DNA of 64,000 bases from Heptranchias perlo (taxonomy: Eukaryota). The notes under the pieces are model-generated. The model worked only from the letters and a program-made list of their open reading frames with translations, did not search any database and was not told the origin of the DNA. This document shows positions 24,192 to 36,929 of this stretch, piece by piece. Within the stretch, counting starts at the first letter, position 1. The number at the start of each line of letters is the position of its first letter. The translations under genes and the position numbers were made by a program. Location of the stretch: NCBI RefSeq assembly GCF_035084215.1, contig NC_090340.1, positions 15,190,001 to 15,254,000 on the forward strand, written 5' to 3'.

Positions 24192-26750
24192 GGGCTAGAA
24201 ATTATGGCTCCTAGCGCTCGTTGTTTTGGCGCTACGCGGCCATCCAAAGGACCAAGATGGCGTCTTGCCTGCGCGTGCATATTTCCATCTTGGCGTAGGT
24301 ATTGCCGCATGAGCAAATGCCGGAAGAATATAAAGTAAGGAGAAAATGGACACAATCAGTGTGCAAAGCTGATTTGAAGTGATATATTACAAAAGGACGC
24401 CAACGCACAATCTTAACCTCAAACATCTGAACATGAATTAGAGTGCCTGGAGGACCCCCAACAGTGCTATTTACAGGCTAGTTGCAGGGTTATTGCTTCT
24501 GGCTGCTGATACATTTGTAACTGTTTTTGGAGGTCTCCTATACTTGAATACTAGGACACAGGGACATAGCCTAACAACGAGAGCCAAGACTTGTAGGAGT
24601 GAAGTTAGGAAACACTGCTACACGCAAAGGGTGGTAGAAGTTTGGAATGCTTTCCTACAAACGGCAGCTGATGCTAGCTCAATTGTGAATTCCAAACCTG
24701 AGATTGATAGATTTCTCTTAACCAAGGGTATTAAGGAATATGGGGCTTAGGCGGGTACATGGAGTTAGGTCACAGACGAAGCATGATCTTGTTGAATGGC
24801 GGAGCAGCCTCAGAGCTTAATGCCACCGCCACTTGCTGCCTCCTGTTGTGCGCTACCTTTTCCTGCAAGCAAGCGGCAGGTGTGTCTGGGTGATGTGCCT
24901 GTCATGATTGAATAGCTGTCAGGGTGTGTGTGGCCTGTGAGTTGTGCGTGGGCAGCTTGCAACCGTGGTAATGTGTAAGGGTGAAAGGAAGCATCTGATT
25001 GGAAGAGTTGAGTACTGATTGATGTGGGTGATGGGGAATATTGCAAGGAGCAGTGGATGCGCCTAATGGTGTAGTTGGTCGGAGACGCCACTTGACAGTT
25101 CACCTCACTCTCCTTGACCACTCGTGTCAAAGCATTGAACTTCTTCCTGCACTATATCCACATTCATGGTGTTGAGCTCCTGGAATTGACTTCATCCCCA
25201 CTGCCTCCCATTTCCTTTTTTTGAGCATGTATCTGGAGGGCATCTTCCCCCCCCCCCCCCCCCCCCACCACCACCACAACCCTGCGGACATAGGCTGTCC
25301 CTCCTTCTGTTCACCTCTTGCACCAAGGCCTCCAGTGCATCAGCAGAGAACCCCACATTCTCTGATCTGCATGCCAGACCTTGCGAATCTGAGGCCTGGC
25401 ACAAACTCAGATTCGCAATGTCTGGCATGCAGATCGGAGAATGTGGGATTTAGAAGTGTGCAACCTTTATTCAATGCTTTAACATAACTCATCAGTTTGT
25501 AAACATAAGGATGGGATCTGCATTTTACATATGCGATGCCTAATCTTCATGCAAATAGCAGACTGTTGTTTTCAGCAAATAACAAGTACCGGCTACCTTT
25601 GAAATTTTAAGAGACAGGTCAGAAATAGAGATGTGCGCTGATGATTGCACAGTGTTCAGTTCAATTCGCAAACCCTCAGATAATGAAGCATTCCGTGCCC
25701 GCATGCAGCAAGAGCTAGAGAACGTCCAGGATTGGGCTGACAAGTGGCAAATAACGTTCGTGCTATTCAAGTGCCAGGCAATGAATATCTCCAACAAGGG
25801 AGAGTCTAACCACCTCCCCTTGACATACAACGGCATTACCATCGCCGAATCCGCCACCATCAACATCCTGGGGGTCACCATTGACCAGAAACTTAATTGG
25901 ACCAGCCACATAAATACCGTGGCTAAAAGAGCAGGTCAGAGGCTGGGTATTCTGCGGCGAGTGACTCACCTCCTCACTCCCCAAAGCCTTTCCACCATCT
26001 ACAAGGCACAAGTCAGGAGTGTGATGGAATACTCTCCACTTGCCTGGATGAGTGCAGCTCCAACAACATTCAAGAAGCTCGACACCATCCAGGACAAAGC
26101 AGCCCGCTTGATTGGCACCCCATCCACCTCCCTAAACATTCACTCTCTTCACCACCGGCGCACAGTGGTTGCAGTGTGCACCATCCACAGGATGCACTGC
26201 AGCAACTCGCCAAGGCTTATTCGACAGCACCTTCCAAACCCGCAACCTCTACCACATAGAAGGACAAGGGCATCAGGCACATGGGAACAACATCACATGC
26301 ACGTTCCCCTCCAAGTCACACACCATCCCGACTTGGAAATATATCGCCGTTCCTTCACCGTAGTTGGGCCAAAATCCTGGAACTCCCTGCCGAACAGCAC
26401 TGTGGGAGAACCTTCACCACACCGACTGCAGCGGCTCAAGCAGGCGGCTCACCACCACCTTCTCAATGGCAATTAGAGATGGGCAATAAATGCAGGCCTT
26501 GCCAGCGACGCCCACATTCAATGAACGAATAAAAAAAAGACAGCGTGCCTTTGAGATTGGGGCTCCCCGCTGTTATAAAGTGTGAATTGCTTCGAATTCC
26601 TTGTTGCAACGCTAATTTCCAACGCTGCTTGAAGGTAAGTCCACAGGCCGGATGAAAGTTTTGTCCTGCCTGAACAGGAAGCACCCAGCGAGGGTTAATA
26701 GCGGATTGCGCTACCCATGCCTGGTGTTTGGGTTTATCCAATTTAACCCC
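24192..26750 (-). mobile_element. Non-autonomous Harbinger-like composite element, copy A (Myb/SANT pseudo-exons + captured CR1 tail)
   Basis: Termini gggctagaaatt and aatttaacccc. Myb/SANT remnant FSADALEALVQEVNRRRDSL (25192-25350) and exon 2 EKVAHNRRQQ (~24830-24863). Colinear with 53357-55020. Confidence 0.8.
25618..26540 (+). mobile_element. 5'-truncated CR1/L2-clade LINE with an open 281-aa RT C-terminal ORF (25631-26476)
   Basis: CADDCTV, WADKWQITF, LGVTIDQKLNWTSHI, YKAQVRSVMEY, SWNSLP; poly-A end; agacag flanks both sides (likely target-site duplication). Confidence 0.92.
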
Positions 26751-29700
26751 CTTAACCTCTCTTGAATTACCCTCCCAAAATACATCACTTCACACTTGTC
26801 AGCCTTAAATTGCATCTGCCATGTGTCTGCCCATTTCACCAATCTGTCCTCCTAAAGTCTGTTAGTATCGTCCTCACTGTTACCCACATTTGAGTTGTGT
26901 GTCATCTGCAAACTTTGAAATTATGCCCTATATACCCAAATCCAGGTCATTAATATATATTAAAGAGCAGTGGTCCTAATACCAATCCGTGGAGAACACC
27001 ACTCTATACTTCCCTCTAGTCTGGAAAAACAACCGTTCACCACTACTCTCTGCTTTCTATTTCTTAGCCAATTTCGTACCCACGCAGCCGCTGCCAATTT
27101 GAATTCCATGGGTTCAATTTTGCTAGCAAGTCTATTTTGTGGTACTTTATCAAACGCCTTTTGAAAGTCGATATGCACAACATCAACCGCACTACCCTCA
27201 TCAACCCTCCCTGTTTCTTTATCAAGGAACTGAATCAAGCTAGTAAAACACGAATTGCCTTGAACAAATCTGTGCTGGGTCTCATTTATCAACCTATAGT
27301 TTTCCAAGTGACAATTAATTTTGTCTCGCATTATTGTCACTAAAACGTTCCCCACCACCACAGGTTACTGGCCTGTAGTTGCCGGATTTACCCCGATCCC
27401 CTTTGGTAAACAAGGAAATAGGAATGTAAAAAGGAGGGAGAAAATCATGTAGAAAAGCACTGTACATAATCGAGAGCAAAATTTGAAACGATAATGTTCA
27501 GCAAATTCTCCATCTGCAGTGTGTGCTATTTAGCTTGTTTTCTCTGCCTATTGTTGGTCCTTCAGCATTTAAAATAAATGGGTGGGATTTTGCCCTGAAA
27601 TTCTTCATGAATGCTATTCTTTTATGTCAGAATTTCACTGACCAAACAAATGGTACTCCACAGCTGCTGGCTGCAACCAAATGCGGCTTAATAGCTTTCT
27701 GTTGCCTGCGAGCCTGCACTATATTTTAAGATGGCCGATGTAGCTTCAGCTGATGGTCGTGTGTGACTTTTCGAGATATTATCTGCAAGGTTGTATAGAG
27801 GGTGCCTTGTCCAGGTCCTTGCTGTGAGTGTCTGCTGTAACTGGCGCATCGAATTAGAGTGGCTACATTTTCTGCAAAAGCTATAAAGGAAAGAACAGCT
27901 TGCATTTATATCCTGCTTTGTCACATATCTCAAATGCCAAAATGCTTACATTTCATAATGATTCAGTTAGTGTTAACGTGTTGTTATTGTAGGGCAGCAT
28001 TGAACAAGAGCTTCAGTCTGGATTAAAAGATAGTCCCGATCACAATACAGTTTCCCATATAGAAAAGTGCATATGTGTGTGTGGGGAGAATCAATGAGCA
28101 CAGTACTGAACTCTGCTGCGATGCTTCCTCCAGTCAAATAGCTTGCTGACATTCGGCTCCTGAAAATCTGAGGCTACGATCCTCGTTTCATACCCACTAT
28201 TCTCCTTCAGTAAACACCCTTAAGGGCTAGTGGGAGGGCACGTAATTAGCAGAGTTGGCAGAAGCCCATGTAACTGTAGGGGCACCTGTGGCATCCACCT
28301 GCCCTATGCAGCAAGGAAATCCAGCATTTGCCTGCTGTTTTTTTTGTGGGTGGGGGGGGGCAAGGGAAAGAGGTGTCCAGTCCCCTTGTGTGAGGGGGCT
28401 GATCCAACTATTTGTTATAAAACAAACACTAACTTGTTTGGAGATCAAGGCCACTCCTCACCCTTTTTTTCCCTGCCAGGTGGGGCCCACTTCTGCTTCA
28501 TCACTGAGTACCAGTCTCCAGTAATTGGGCAGGTCCCTTCTGAGCAACTGCCTTCTTGCTGTTGGGTTCTGCTGGACTCCAGCTGGAGTTAGGGTCTGCT
28601 GCAACCCGATAAAATTCGTGCCGGTCACTGTGACGAATGGTGATAAGGATGAGATACTGGTGGAGTGGCTGGTGTCCTTGAGCTGTCAGCCAGCAAGAGT
28701 CAGTGTCCCTGTGAGGAGAGTGGGGGAAAACTATTCTTTAGACTTTGTTTTCATTTTTCTTTGAGGATTAAAAAAAATAAGTGATTTGAATTCTTCTATT
28801 TTCATTTAAATCACTGGACTCATCCCATCTGATTCCTGCTTAGCTCTGTCAACCAGGTCCTATTTCTCTGAATGTAGACAGTTCCGCCTTCCTTTTACAT
28901 AACTCGTTGCTATTCCTTCGGTTCTGGGTCCATCCTTGCAGAACCGTCAGCCCAGCCAGTGCTGCCTCCCTAGTGTAGAGCCTCTCAGTAAGGCACAATG
29001 TCGGGCAAGACTGTAGAAGGAGCTTTTGGCATCTGTTACTAGGCTACACACTAAGTAGTGGGACTGGAGTATTGGTGTGTGTGAACACATATATAAGGTT
29101 CTCTCCTCCATCACTCTAATCCCCGCCTCCCACCTGAGATATGACATGAGTCACGAGAGGAACCCTGAAGAGAGGAACATTATGTTTTTAAATCCCTGAT
29201 GATACTGGTTAGACAAGGAATTAATTTTTGGAGTCCACAAGTTAAATTGCTTTGAATCTAGAATCTTAGGATTTATCAGTAAAGTTTGTGATGATTGAAT
29301 CACATCTTGCTTCACCTAGCTGGTTGATAGCTCCCCCCGTTCAACGGTTACAGCAAGGAAACTGTATCTGAGTAATGTATAGAATAACAGAAACTTCAGC
29401 ACAGAAGGAAGCCAAATGGAAAAGTTACCTTTTCTGTTTCATACGTTTTCCTATGCTGCTGACCGGCTAATTTGCTGTACTCCCAGAGCTGGTATTTACT
29501 ATTGCCTCTCTGAGATGCTGCCTTAGGGTCTGCATTTACTATTGCCTCCCACAGAGCTGCTGTCCCAGGTTTATTATTGCCTCCTACAAAGAGGTGCTGC
29601 TGCAGAGCCTGTATTTACTGTTACTTTCAATCAAGGAACACTGTGCTAGGGTCAGTTGCTCTTCCCTCCCTTTTCTGTTTTTATTTCAAGTTTCCAGCAT

Positions 29701-29852
29701 TTTGCTTTTTGTTTAATTCGCTGCCACTTATCTCCCAGCGTTGCCCACCTCAAAGAGGTTGTGCTCTTCTCTTTGACGTGATTTTTATTTGTCTCTTCTA
29801 CCCTTTTCACTTTCATTCCTATCCGTTTCCCTTCTCATTTGACCGTGTTACG

Positions 29853-30570
29853 TAGAGTTCCACAGAATCTACAGCACAGAAACAGGCCTTTCGGCCCAAC
29901 TGACCTGTGCTCGTGTTTATATTCCACACGAACCTCCCCTGCCCCCGTATCCTTCCATTCCCTTCTCAATCATGTACGCACCAAGAATTGGTGCTATCTG
30001 CTTCAACCACTCCATCCGGCTGCAAGTTCCACATTCTCACCACTCCTGTGTAAAGAAATGATTTATTTGATGTGTTAGTAAATATTTTGTATTCATACCT
30101 CCTTGTTCTGGACTCACCCACGAGTGGTAACTGTTTCTCCACATCTACGCATCAAACCCCTTCATAATTTTAAAGACCTCTAACAGGTGTCCTGTTAGTT
30201 TTCTCTTTGGAGAAAAGAGCCCCAGCCTGTTCAATGCTTCCTGATAGTTGCATTCTCTCAATTCTGGTAATGTCCTTGTAAATCTATTCTGAACTTTCTC
30301 CAGTGCTTCTATATCCTTTTTGTAGTATGGAGACCAGAGCTGCAATCAGTACTCCCAGTGTGTTCTAACCAAGGTTCGAGAAAAATTTAACATTACCTCT
30401 ATGCTTTTGTATTCTGTTCCTCGACAAATGAACTCCAATTCAATATGTGTTGCTATTTTTAGCGATTTATGTATCTGTATTTCAAGATCTTTGTGCTCCT
30501 CTACCCTATTTAATATCTTATCCAAGGAATAAATGGCCTCCTTATTATTCCGACCAAAATGAACCAGATG
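29853..30570 (-). mobile_element. CR1 3' fragment
   Basis: QLWSPYYKKDIEALEKVQNRFTR...LEVFKIMKGFD. Confidence 0.85.
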
Positions 30571-30756
30571 GCAATTGTCCTGACTGAAACTATTTTTCAG
30601 GAGTTCTTCCTGTTCGACTGCACTGTAGCCTATGTGGAAATGAGCTTGTGAAGACTTCCAGAAGTTGGATTCCACCTGGTAAATCTGCTTTGTGTTCGGG
30701 ATCCCAAGTTCTATGTTATTTGGAGAGCTACTGAAGCGTCATGTCTTACTATATTT

Positions 30757-32407
30757 TTGATACATTCATGGGATGTGGGTGTCTGTGGCGAGGCCGGCAT
30801 GTATTGCCAATCCCTAATTGCCCTTGAGAAGGTGGTGGTGAGCCGTCTTCTTGTACCGCTGCAGTCCGTTTGGTGAAGGTTCTCCCACAGTGCTGTTAGG
30901 AAGGGAGTTCCAGGATTTTGACCCAGCGACGATGAAGGAACGGCGATATATTTCCAAAGCCGGATGGTGTGTGACTTGGAGGGGAACATGCAGGTGGTGT
31001 TGTTCCCATGTATCTGCTGCTCTTGTCCTTCTATGTGGTAGAGGTCGCGGGTTTGGGAGGTGCTGTCGAAGATGCCTTGGCGAGTTGCTGCAGTGCATCC
31101 TGTGGATGGTTTAGGGTGGTGGATGGGGTGCCGATCAAGCGGGCTGCTTTCTCCTTGATGGCGTCGAGCTTCTTGAGTGTTGTTGGAGCTGCACTCATCT
31201 AGGCAAGTGGAGAGTATTCCATCACACTCCTGACTTGTGCCTTGTAGATGGTGGAAAGGCTTTAAGGAGTCAGGAGGTGAGTCACTCGCCGCAGAATACT
31301 CAGCCTCTGACCTGCTCTTGTAGCCACAGTATTTATATGGCTGGTCCAGTTAAGTTTCTGGTCAATGGTGACTCCTAGGATGTTGATGGTGGGGGATTCG
31401 GCGATGGTAATGCCGTTGAATGTCAAGGGGAGGTGGTTAGAATGTCTCTTGTTGGAGATGGTTACTTCCTGGCACTTGTCTGGCGCGAATGTTACTTGCC
31501 ACTTATCAGCCCAAGCCTGAATGTTGTCCAGGTCTTGCTGCATGCGGGCTTGGACTGCTTCATTGTTTGAGGGGTTGCGAATGGAATTGAACACTGTCCA
31601 ATCATCAGCGAACATCCCCATTTCTGACCTTATGATAGAGAGAAGGTCATTGATGAAGCAGCTGAAGATGGTTGGGCTAGGACACTGCCCTGAGCAACTC
31701 CTGCAGCAATGTCCTGGGGCTAAGACAATTGGCTTTCAACAATCATTAACTTTTGTGCTAGGTATGACTCCAGCCACTGGAGAGTTTTCCCCCTGATTCC
31801 CATTGACTTCAATTTTACTAGGGCTCCTTGGTGCCACACACGGTCAATGCTGCCTTGATGTCAAGGGCAGTCACTCTCACCTCATCTCTGGAATTCAGCT
31901 CTTTTGTCCATGTTTGGACCAAGGCTGTAATGAGATCAGGAGCCCAGTGGTCCTGGCGGAACCCAAACTGAGCATCGGTGAGCAGGTTATTGGTGAGTAA
32001 GTGCAGCTTACTGTCAACGACATATTCCATCACTTTGCTAATGATTGAGAGTAAATTAATGGGGCGGTCATTGGCCGGATTGGATTTGTCCTGCTTTTTG
32101 TGGACAGGACATACCTAGGCAATTTTCCACATTGTCGGGTAGATGCCAGTGTTGTAGCTGTACTGGAACAGTTTGGCTGGAGGCGCAGCTAGTTCTGGAG
32201 CACAAGTATTCAGCACTACATCCGCGATGTTGTCGGGGCCCATAGCCTTTGCTGTATCCAGTGCACTCAGCCGTTTCTTGATATCACGTGGAGTGAATCG
32301 AATTGGCTGAAGACTGGTTTCTGTGACGGTGGGGATATCGGGTGGAGGCTGAGATGGATCATCCACTCGGCACTTCTGGCTGAAGATGGTTGCAAACGCT
32401 TCAGCCT
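30757..32407 (-). mobile_element. CR1/L2-clade LINE (same family as 25618-26540), 5'-truncated
   Basis: KAMGPDNI, QFGFRQDH, ALDIKAA, FADDWTV, WADKWQVTF; flanked by ttttga on both sides. Confidence 0.92.
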
Positions 32408-32829
32408 TTTGAGAACCAATAGGCTGTAAGTTAACACCACCTCCCTGCTTTTGTATTCTTTTCCTCTAGAAATGAACTCCAATTTATATATCTGTATTCC
32501 CAGATCTTTGTGCTCCTCTACCCCATTTAATTTCTTACCATCCAAGGAATAAGTGGGCTCCTTATTATTCCTACCAAAATGAACCAGATTGCATTTGTGC
32601 TGACTGAAACTCTCTTTCATGAGTTCTTCCTGTTCTACTACACTGTAGCCTATGTGGAAATGAGCTTGTGAAGACTTCCAGAAGTTGGATTCAACCTGAT
32701 ATATCTGCTTTGTGTTCGGGATCCCAAGTTATTAGGAGAGCTACTGAAGCGTCAAGTCTTCCTATTTTGAGAACCAATACGCTGTAAGTTAAATATTGGA
32801 ATTTAGTTTAATCTACTGTGTTTATGTTG

Positions 32830-34005
32830 TCCTTGAACGTGTTGCTTACTCCCAAATCCGTGCCATCTTTCCCGTAATTGCATGTTTGAACCTCTCCAAT
32901 CAGGTTTCTGCCCCAGCACTGAAACGGCCCGAATCAAAGTCACAATTGACATCCGATGTGAATGTTATTGTGGTAAATTGTCCCCCCTCACCATTCTCGA
33001 CCTGCGTGCAGCCTTTGAGGTGGTTGACCACACCATCCTTCTCCAATGTCTATCCTCCATAGTCCAGACAAGTGGGACTACTTTCGCCTGATTCCACACT
33101 TACCTATCCAGTTTTAGCCAGACAATCTCATGCAATGGCTTCTCTTCCCACCTGTTGCCTCTGGAGTCGCCCAATGATCTATACTTGGCCCCCCTCCTAT
33201 TTTGCTGATCAGCCACAGTACTAAAATGGCCCTGCTCAAATTCAAAAATGATATTCACTTTGACTGTGACCATGGTTGCACTATCGCTCCTCATCTTTCT
33301 GTCTGCAGCTTTTAACACCGTTCACCACACAATCTTCCTCCAATGCCTTTCCTCCGTTAGCCAATTGAGTGGGACTGTCCTCGCCCGCTTCCAATCTTAC
33401 CTATCCAGTTGTAAGCACAGAATCTCCTGCAATGACTTCTCTTCCTACCCCATCACCTCTTTAATCCGCCATGGATCTATCCTTGGCCCTTCCTATTTCT
33501 CATCTACATGCTGCCCCTCGTTGAAATCATCCAAAAACACGTCAGGTTCCACATGTATGCTGAGGACTCTACCTCACCACCAACTCTCTCAACCCCGTTC
33601 AATGCCTCGATGTTCTCTGACTGCTTGTCCGACATCCAGTCCTTGATAAGCCAAAATTTCCTCCAATTTAACATTGGGAAGATCGAAGCCATTGTTTTCA
33701 GCTGCTACCACAAACTCCGTTCCCAATCACTGAATCCATCCCCCTCCTTAGCCACTGTCTCAGCCTGAACCAAACTGTTCACAACCTTGGCATCCTATTG
33801 GTACTTGAACTGAGCTTCCGACCCCATGTCCTCCCCATCACCAAGACCGCCTACCTCCACCTCCAAAATATCGCCCCTGCCTCAGCCCATCTGTTGCTGA
33901 AACCCTCATCCATGCTTTTGTCACCTCCGGACTTGACTATTTCAATGCTCTCCGAGCCAGCCTCCCATCTTACACCGTCCATAAGCTTAAGTACATCTAA
34001 AACTC
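32830..34005 (+). mobile_element. L2 LINE remnant with internal duplication or rearrangement
   Basis: EPLQSGFCP.STETA, LDL.AAF..VDHTILLQ seen twice (~33000 and ~33300), FHMYAED, FLQFNIGKIEA. Confidence 0.85.
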
Positions 34006-34014
34006 ATATTATTA

Positions 34015-35045
34015 CAGTCCTGAGTTCAGACACTCGTGTTCAGACAAAGTAGGGCAATGACACTCGTGAGTTTGCACAAGACGCAATGCCAGCACTCACG
34101 AATTCAGGCAAGGCATTCGCTGCACTCCCGAGTTCAGAAAAGACACAGCGGTAACACACGACTTCACATAATGCATATCGCTATCAGTCCTGAGTTCAGA
34201 CAAGGCACAGTGCGAACACTCGTGAAGTCAGACAATACACAGCACTATCACTCGTGCGTACAGAAATCACAGAACGCAAACACTCCCGAGTTCAGACAAA
34301 GCAGAGAGCTCTAACACACCCCGCGTTACAATAACATTCCTGAGTTCAGACAAGGCACAACGCTAACACTCGTGAACTTAGATAACACACAGCGCTAACA
34401 CAAATAAGTTCAGAAAAAGCACCGCACTAACACGCGTGAGTTCATACAAAGCATGGCATGGCACTAACAATCCTGCGTTCAGACAAGGCACAAGGCTAAC
34501 AGTTGTGAGAACAGACAAGGCACGGCGCTACAGTCGTGAGTTGAGATAACTCACAGAGCTAACACTCCCGAGTTGAGACAAGGCACAGCACTAACACTCG
34601 TGAGTTCAGAAAATGCACAACCCCTGCGCTCGTTAGTTTGGACAAGACACAATGCTAATACTTCTAAGTTCAGACAAGGCACAACGCTAACACCCCGAGT
34701 TCGGACAAGGAACAGCGCTAACACTCCCGAGTTGAAACAAGTCGCAGCACTAAAACTTCTGAGCTCTGAAAAGCACAGCGCTAACATCCCCGAGCTCAGA
34801 TAACACACAATGCTAACATGCGTGCGTTCAGACAAATCACAGCGCTAACACTCGTGAGTTCAGACAAGTCACAGCGCTAACACTCGTGAGTTCAGACAGG
34901 TCACAGCGCTAACACTCCTGAGCTCAGAGAACGCACAACGCAAACACTTGTGAGTTCAGACAAGCTACAGCACCAACACTCGGGAGTTCAGACACCTCAC
35001 AACAATAACACTCCTGAGTTCAGACAAGGAACGGTCCTAATACTC
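34015..35045. repeat. 32-bp minisatellite, consensus ~gagttcagacaaggcacagcgctaacactcgt
   Basis: Period read directly (cagacaag at 34861 and 34893); about 30 degenerate units. Confidence 0.92.
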
Positions 35046-35389
35046 CCCTAGTTCTAATATTGGAGGTGGTAACGTGCAGTGCTTACAGTCGAGGAGCCAA
35101 CACTGTGCTAATGCTAACATACAAATGCTCACAGAAAGCACATATCTTGTCTGCTGACTGGGACAGAGCGTCATGTTTTCCTATTTATCTTCTTTATGAG
35201 GATGGAGCTCAGTGAAGTTATCTGAATTGTGTTAAATTTGCCTCAACAGTCACTGGTCAGTATGAGCACACTCTTGTGTTGAGAAATTATCTAAGGCAGA
35301 CCTGAACTTTGTAGCAAGCTGGACAGAACCTCGTCCTGCCATCTTGTGCATTCCAGGCACAGTTATTCAGAGAGCCTTACTTCAGAGAG

Positions 35390-35535
35390 CAACAAAAAAA
35401 ACTTACATTTATATCGCACATTAAACACAGGAAAATTTCCCATTGCGATTCACAGGAGTGTGATCAGATAAAAATTAACACTAAAGCAAAGAAGGAGATA
35501 TCAGGATGGGGGACCAAGAGCTTGATTAAAGCGAT
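35390..35535 (-). mobile_element. L2-type 3' tail fragment
   Basis: aacttacatttatatcgcac...gaccaagagcttgattaaag resembles the reverse complement of the L2 end at ~11510-11595. Confidence 0.6.
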
Positions 35536-35564
35536 AGTGTAGGAGTATGGTTCGAGCCCCATGT

Positions 35565-35935
35565 GAGTTCAACACTCCTGCGTTCAGACAAGGCACAAGG
35601 CTAACACCCAGGAGCTTGGAGAAGACACAATGCTAATACTTCTGTGTTCAGACAAGGACAGCGCTAACACTCCCGAGTTCAAACAACACATAGCACAAAC
35701 ATTCGTGAATTCAGTTAATGCACAGCACTAACAGTCGTAAGTTCAGACAAGGCATAGCGCATCACTCGTGAGTTCAGACAAAGCAAGGCATTAACACTTG
35801 TGAGTTCAGATAATACACAGCGCGAACACTCCCAAGTTCAGACAAGACACAGCACTAATACTCGTGAGTTCCCACAAGACACGCCGCTACAATTAGTGAG
35901 TTCAGATAACACAGAGCGCTAACACGCTTGGGTTA
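35565..35935. repeat. Second block of the 32-bp minisatellite
   Basis: Same unit, about 11 copies. Confidence 0.9.
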
Positions 35936-35942
35936 ATATAAT

Positions 35943-36917
35943 TATTTTTATTTCGTTCATGGGATGTTGGCCCATTCCTAATTGCCCTTGAGAAGGTGGT
36001 GGTGAGCCGTCTTCTTGAACCGCTGCAGTCCGTGTGGTGAAGGTTCTCCCACAGTGCTGTTAGGGAGTTCCAGGATTTTGACCCAGCGACGATGAAGGAA
36101 CGGCGATATATTTCCAAGTCCGGATGGTGTGTGACTTGGAGGGCAACGTGCAGGTGGTGTTGTTCTCATGTGGCCTACTGTGCTTGTCTTTCTAGGTGGT
36201 AGAGGTCGCGGGTTTGGGAGGTGCTGTCGAAGATGCCTTGGCGAGTTGCTGCAGTGCATCCTGTAGATGGTACACAGTGCAGCCACTGTGCGCCGGTGGT
36301 GAAGGGAGTGAATGTTTAGGGTGGTGGATGGGATGTCAATCAAGCAAGCTGCTTTGTCCTGGATGGTGTCGAGCTACTTGAGTGTTGTTGGAGCTGCACT
36401 CATCCAGGCAAGTGGAGAGTATTCCATCACACTCCTGACTTGTGCCTTGCAGATGGTGGAAAGGCTTTGGGGAGTCAGGAGGTGAGTCACTCGCCGCAGA
36501 ATACCCAGCCTCTGACCTGCACTTATAGCCACATTATTTATATGGCTGGTCCAGTTAAGTTTCTGGTCAATGGTGAACCCCAGTATGTTGATGGTTGAGG
36601 ATTCAGTGATGGTAATGCCGTTGAATGTCAAGGGGACGTGGTTAGACTCTATCTTGTTGGAGATGGTCATTGCCTGGCACTTGTCTGGCGCGAATGTTAC
36701 TAGCGACTTATCAGCCTAACCTGGATGTTGCCCACGTCTTGCTGCATGCAGGCACGGACTGCTTCATTATGTGAGGGATTGCGAATGGAACTCAACATTG
36801 TGCAATCATCAGCAAACATCCCCATTTCTGAACTTATGATTGAGCGAAGATCATTGATGAAGCAGCTGAAGATGGTTGGGCCTAGGACACTGCCCTGAGG
36901 AACTCCTGCAGCAATGT
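35943..36917 (-). mobile_element. CR1/L2-clade LINE (same family), 5'-truncated
   Basis: GVPQGSVLGPTIFSCFINDL, FADDCT, LGFTIDQKLNWTSHI. Confidence 0.92.
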
Positions 36918-36929
36918 CATCATCATCGT

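Larger units (their letters stand above)
23433..27410 (-). mobile_element. CR1 LINE split by a Harbinger insertion (pieces 23433-24190 and 26751-27410)
   Basis: 3'UTR tagaatcatagaat at 23433; RT region VDVVHIDFQKAFDKVP at 26960-27361; the sequence continues across the insertion. Confidence 0.85.

Noticed and set aside
25631-26476. Host gene of 281 aa
   Set aside because: It is the RT C-terminus of a 5'-truncated LINE, with three other copies in the window.
34015-35935. CRISPR array
   Set aside because: Units are head-to-tail degenerate copies with no unique spacers; there are no cas genes and the context is eukaryotic.
34015-35935. Array of RAG recombination signal sequences (CACAGCG heptamer-like word in each unit)
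   Set aside because: No ACAAAAACC-like nonamer at 12 or 23 bp spacing, and no coding segments are adjacent.
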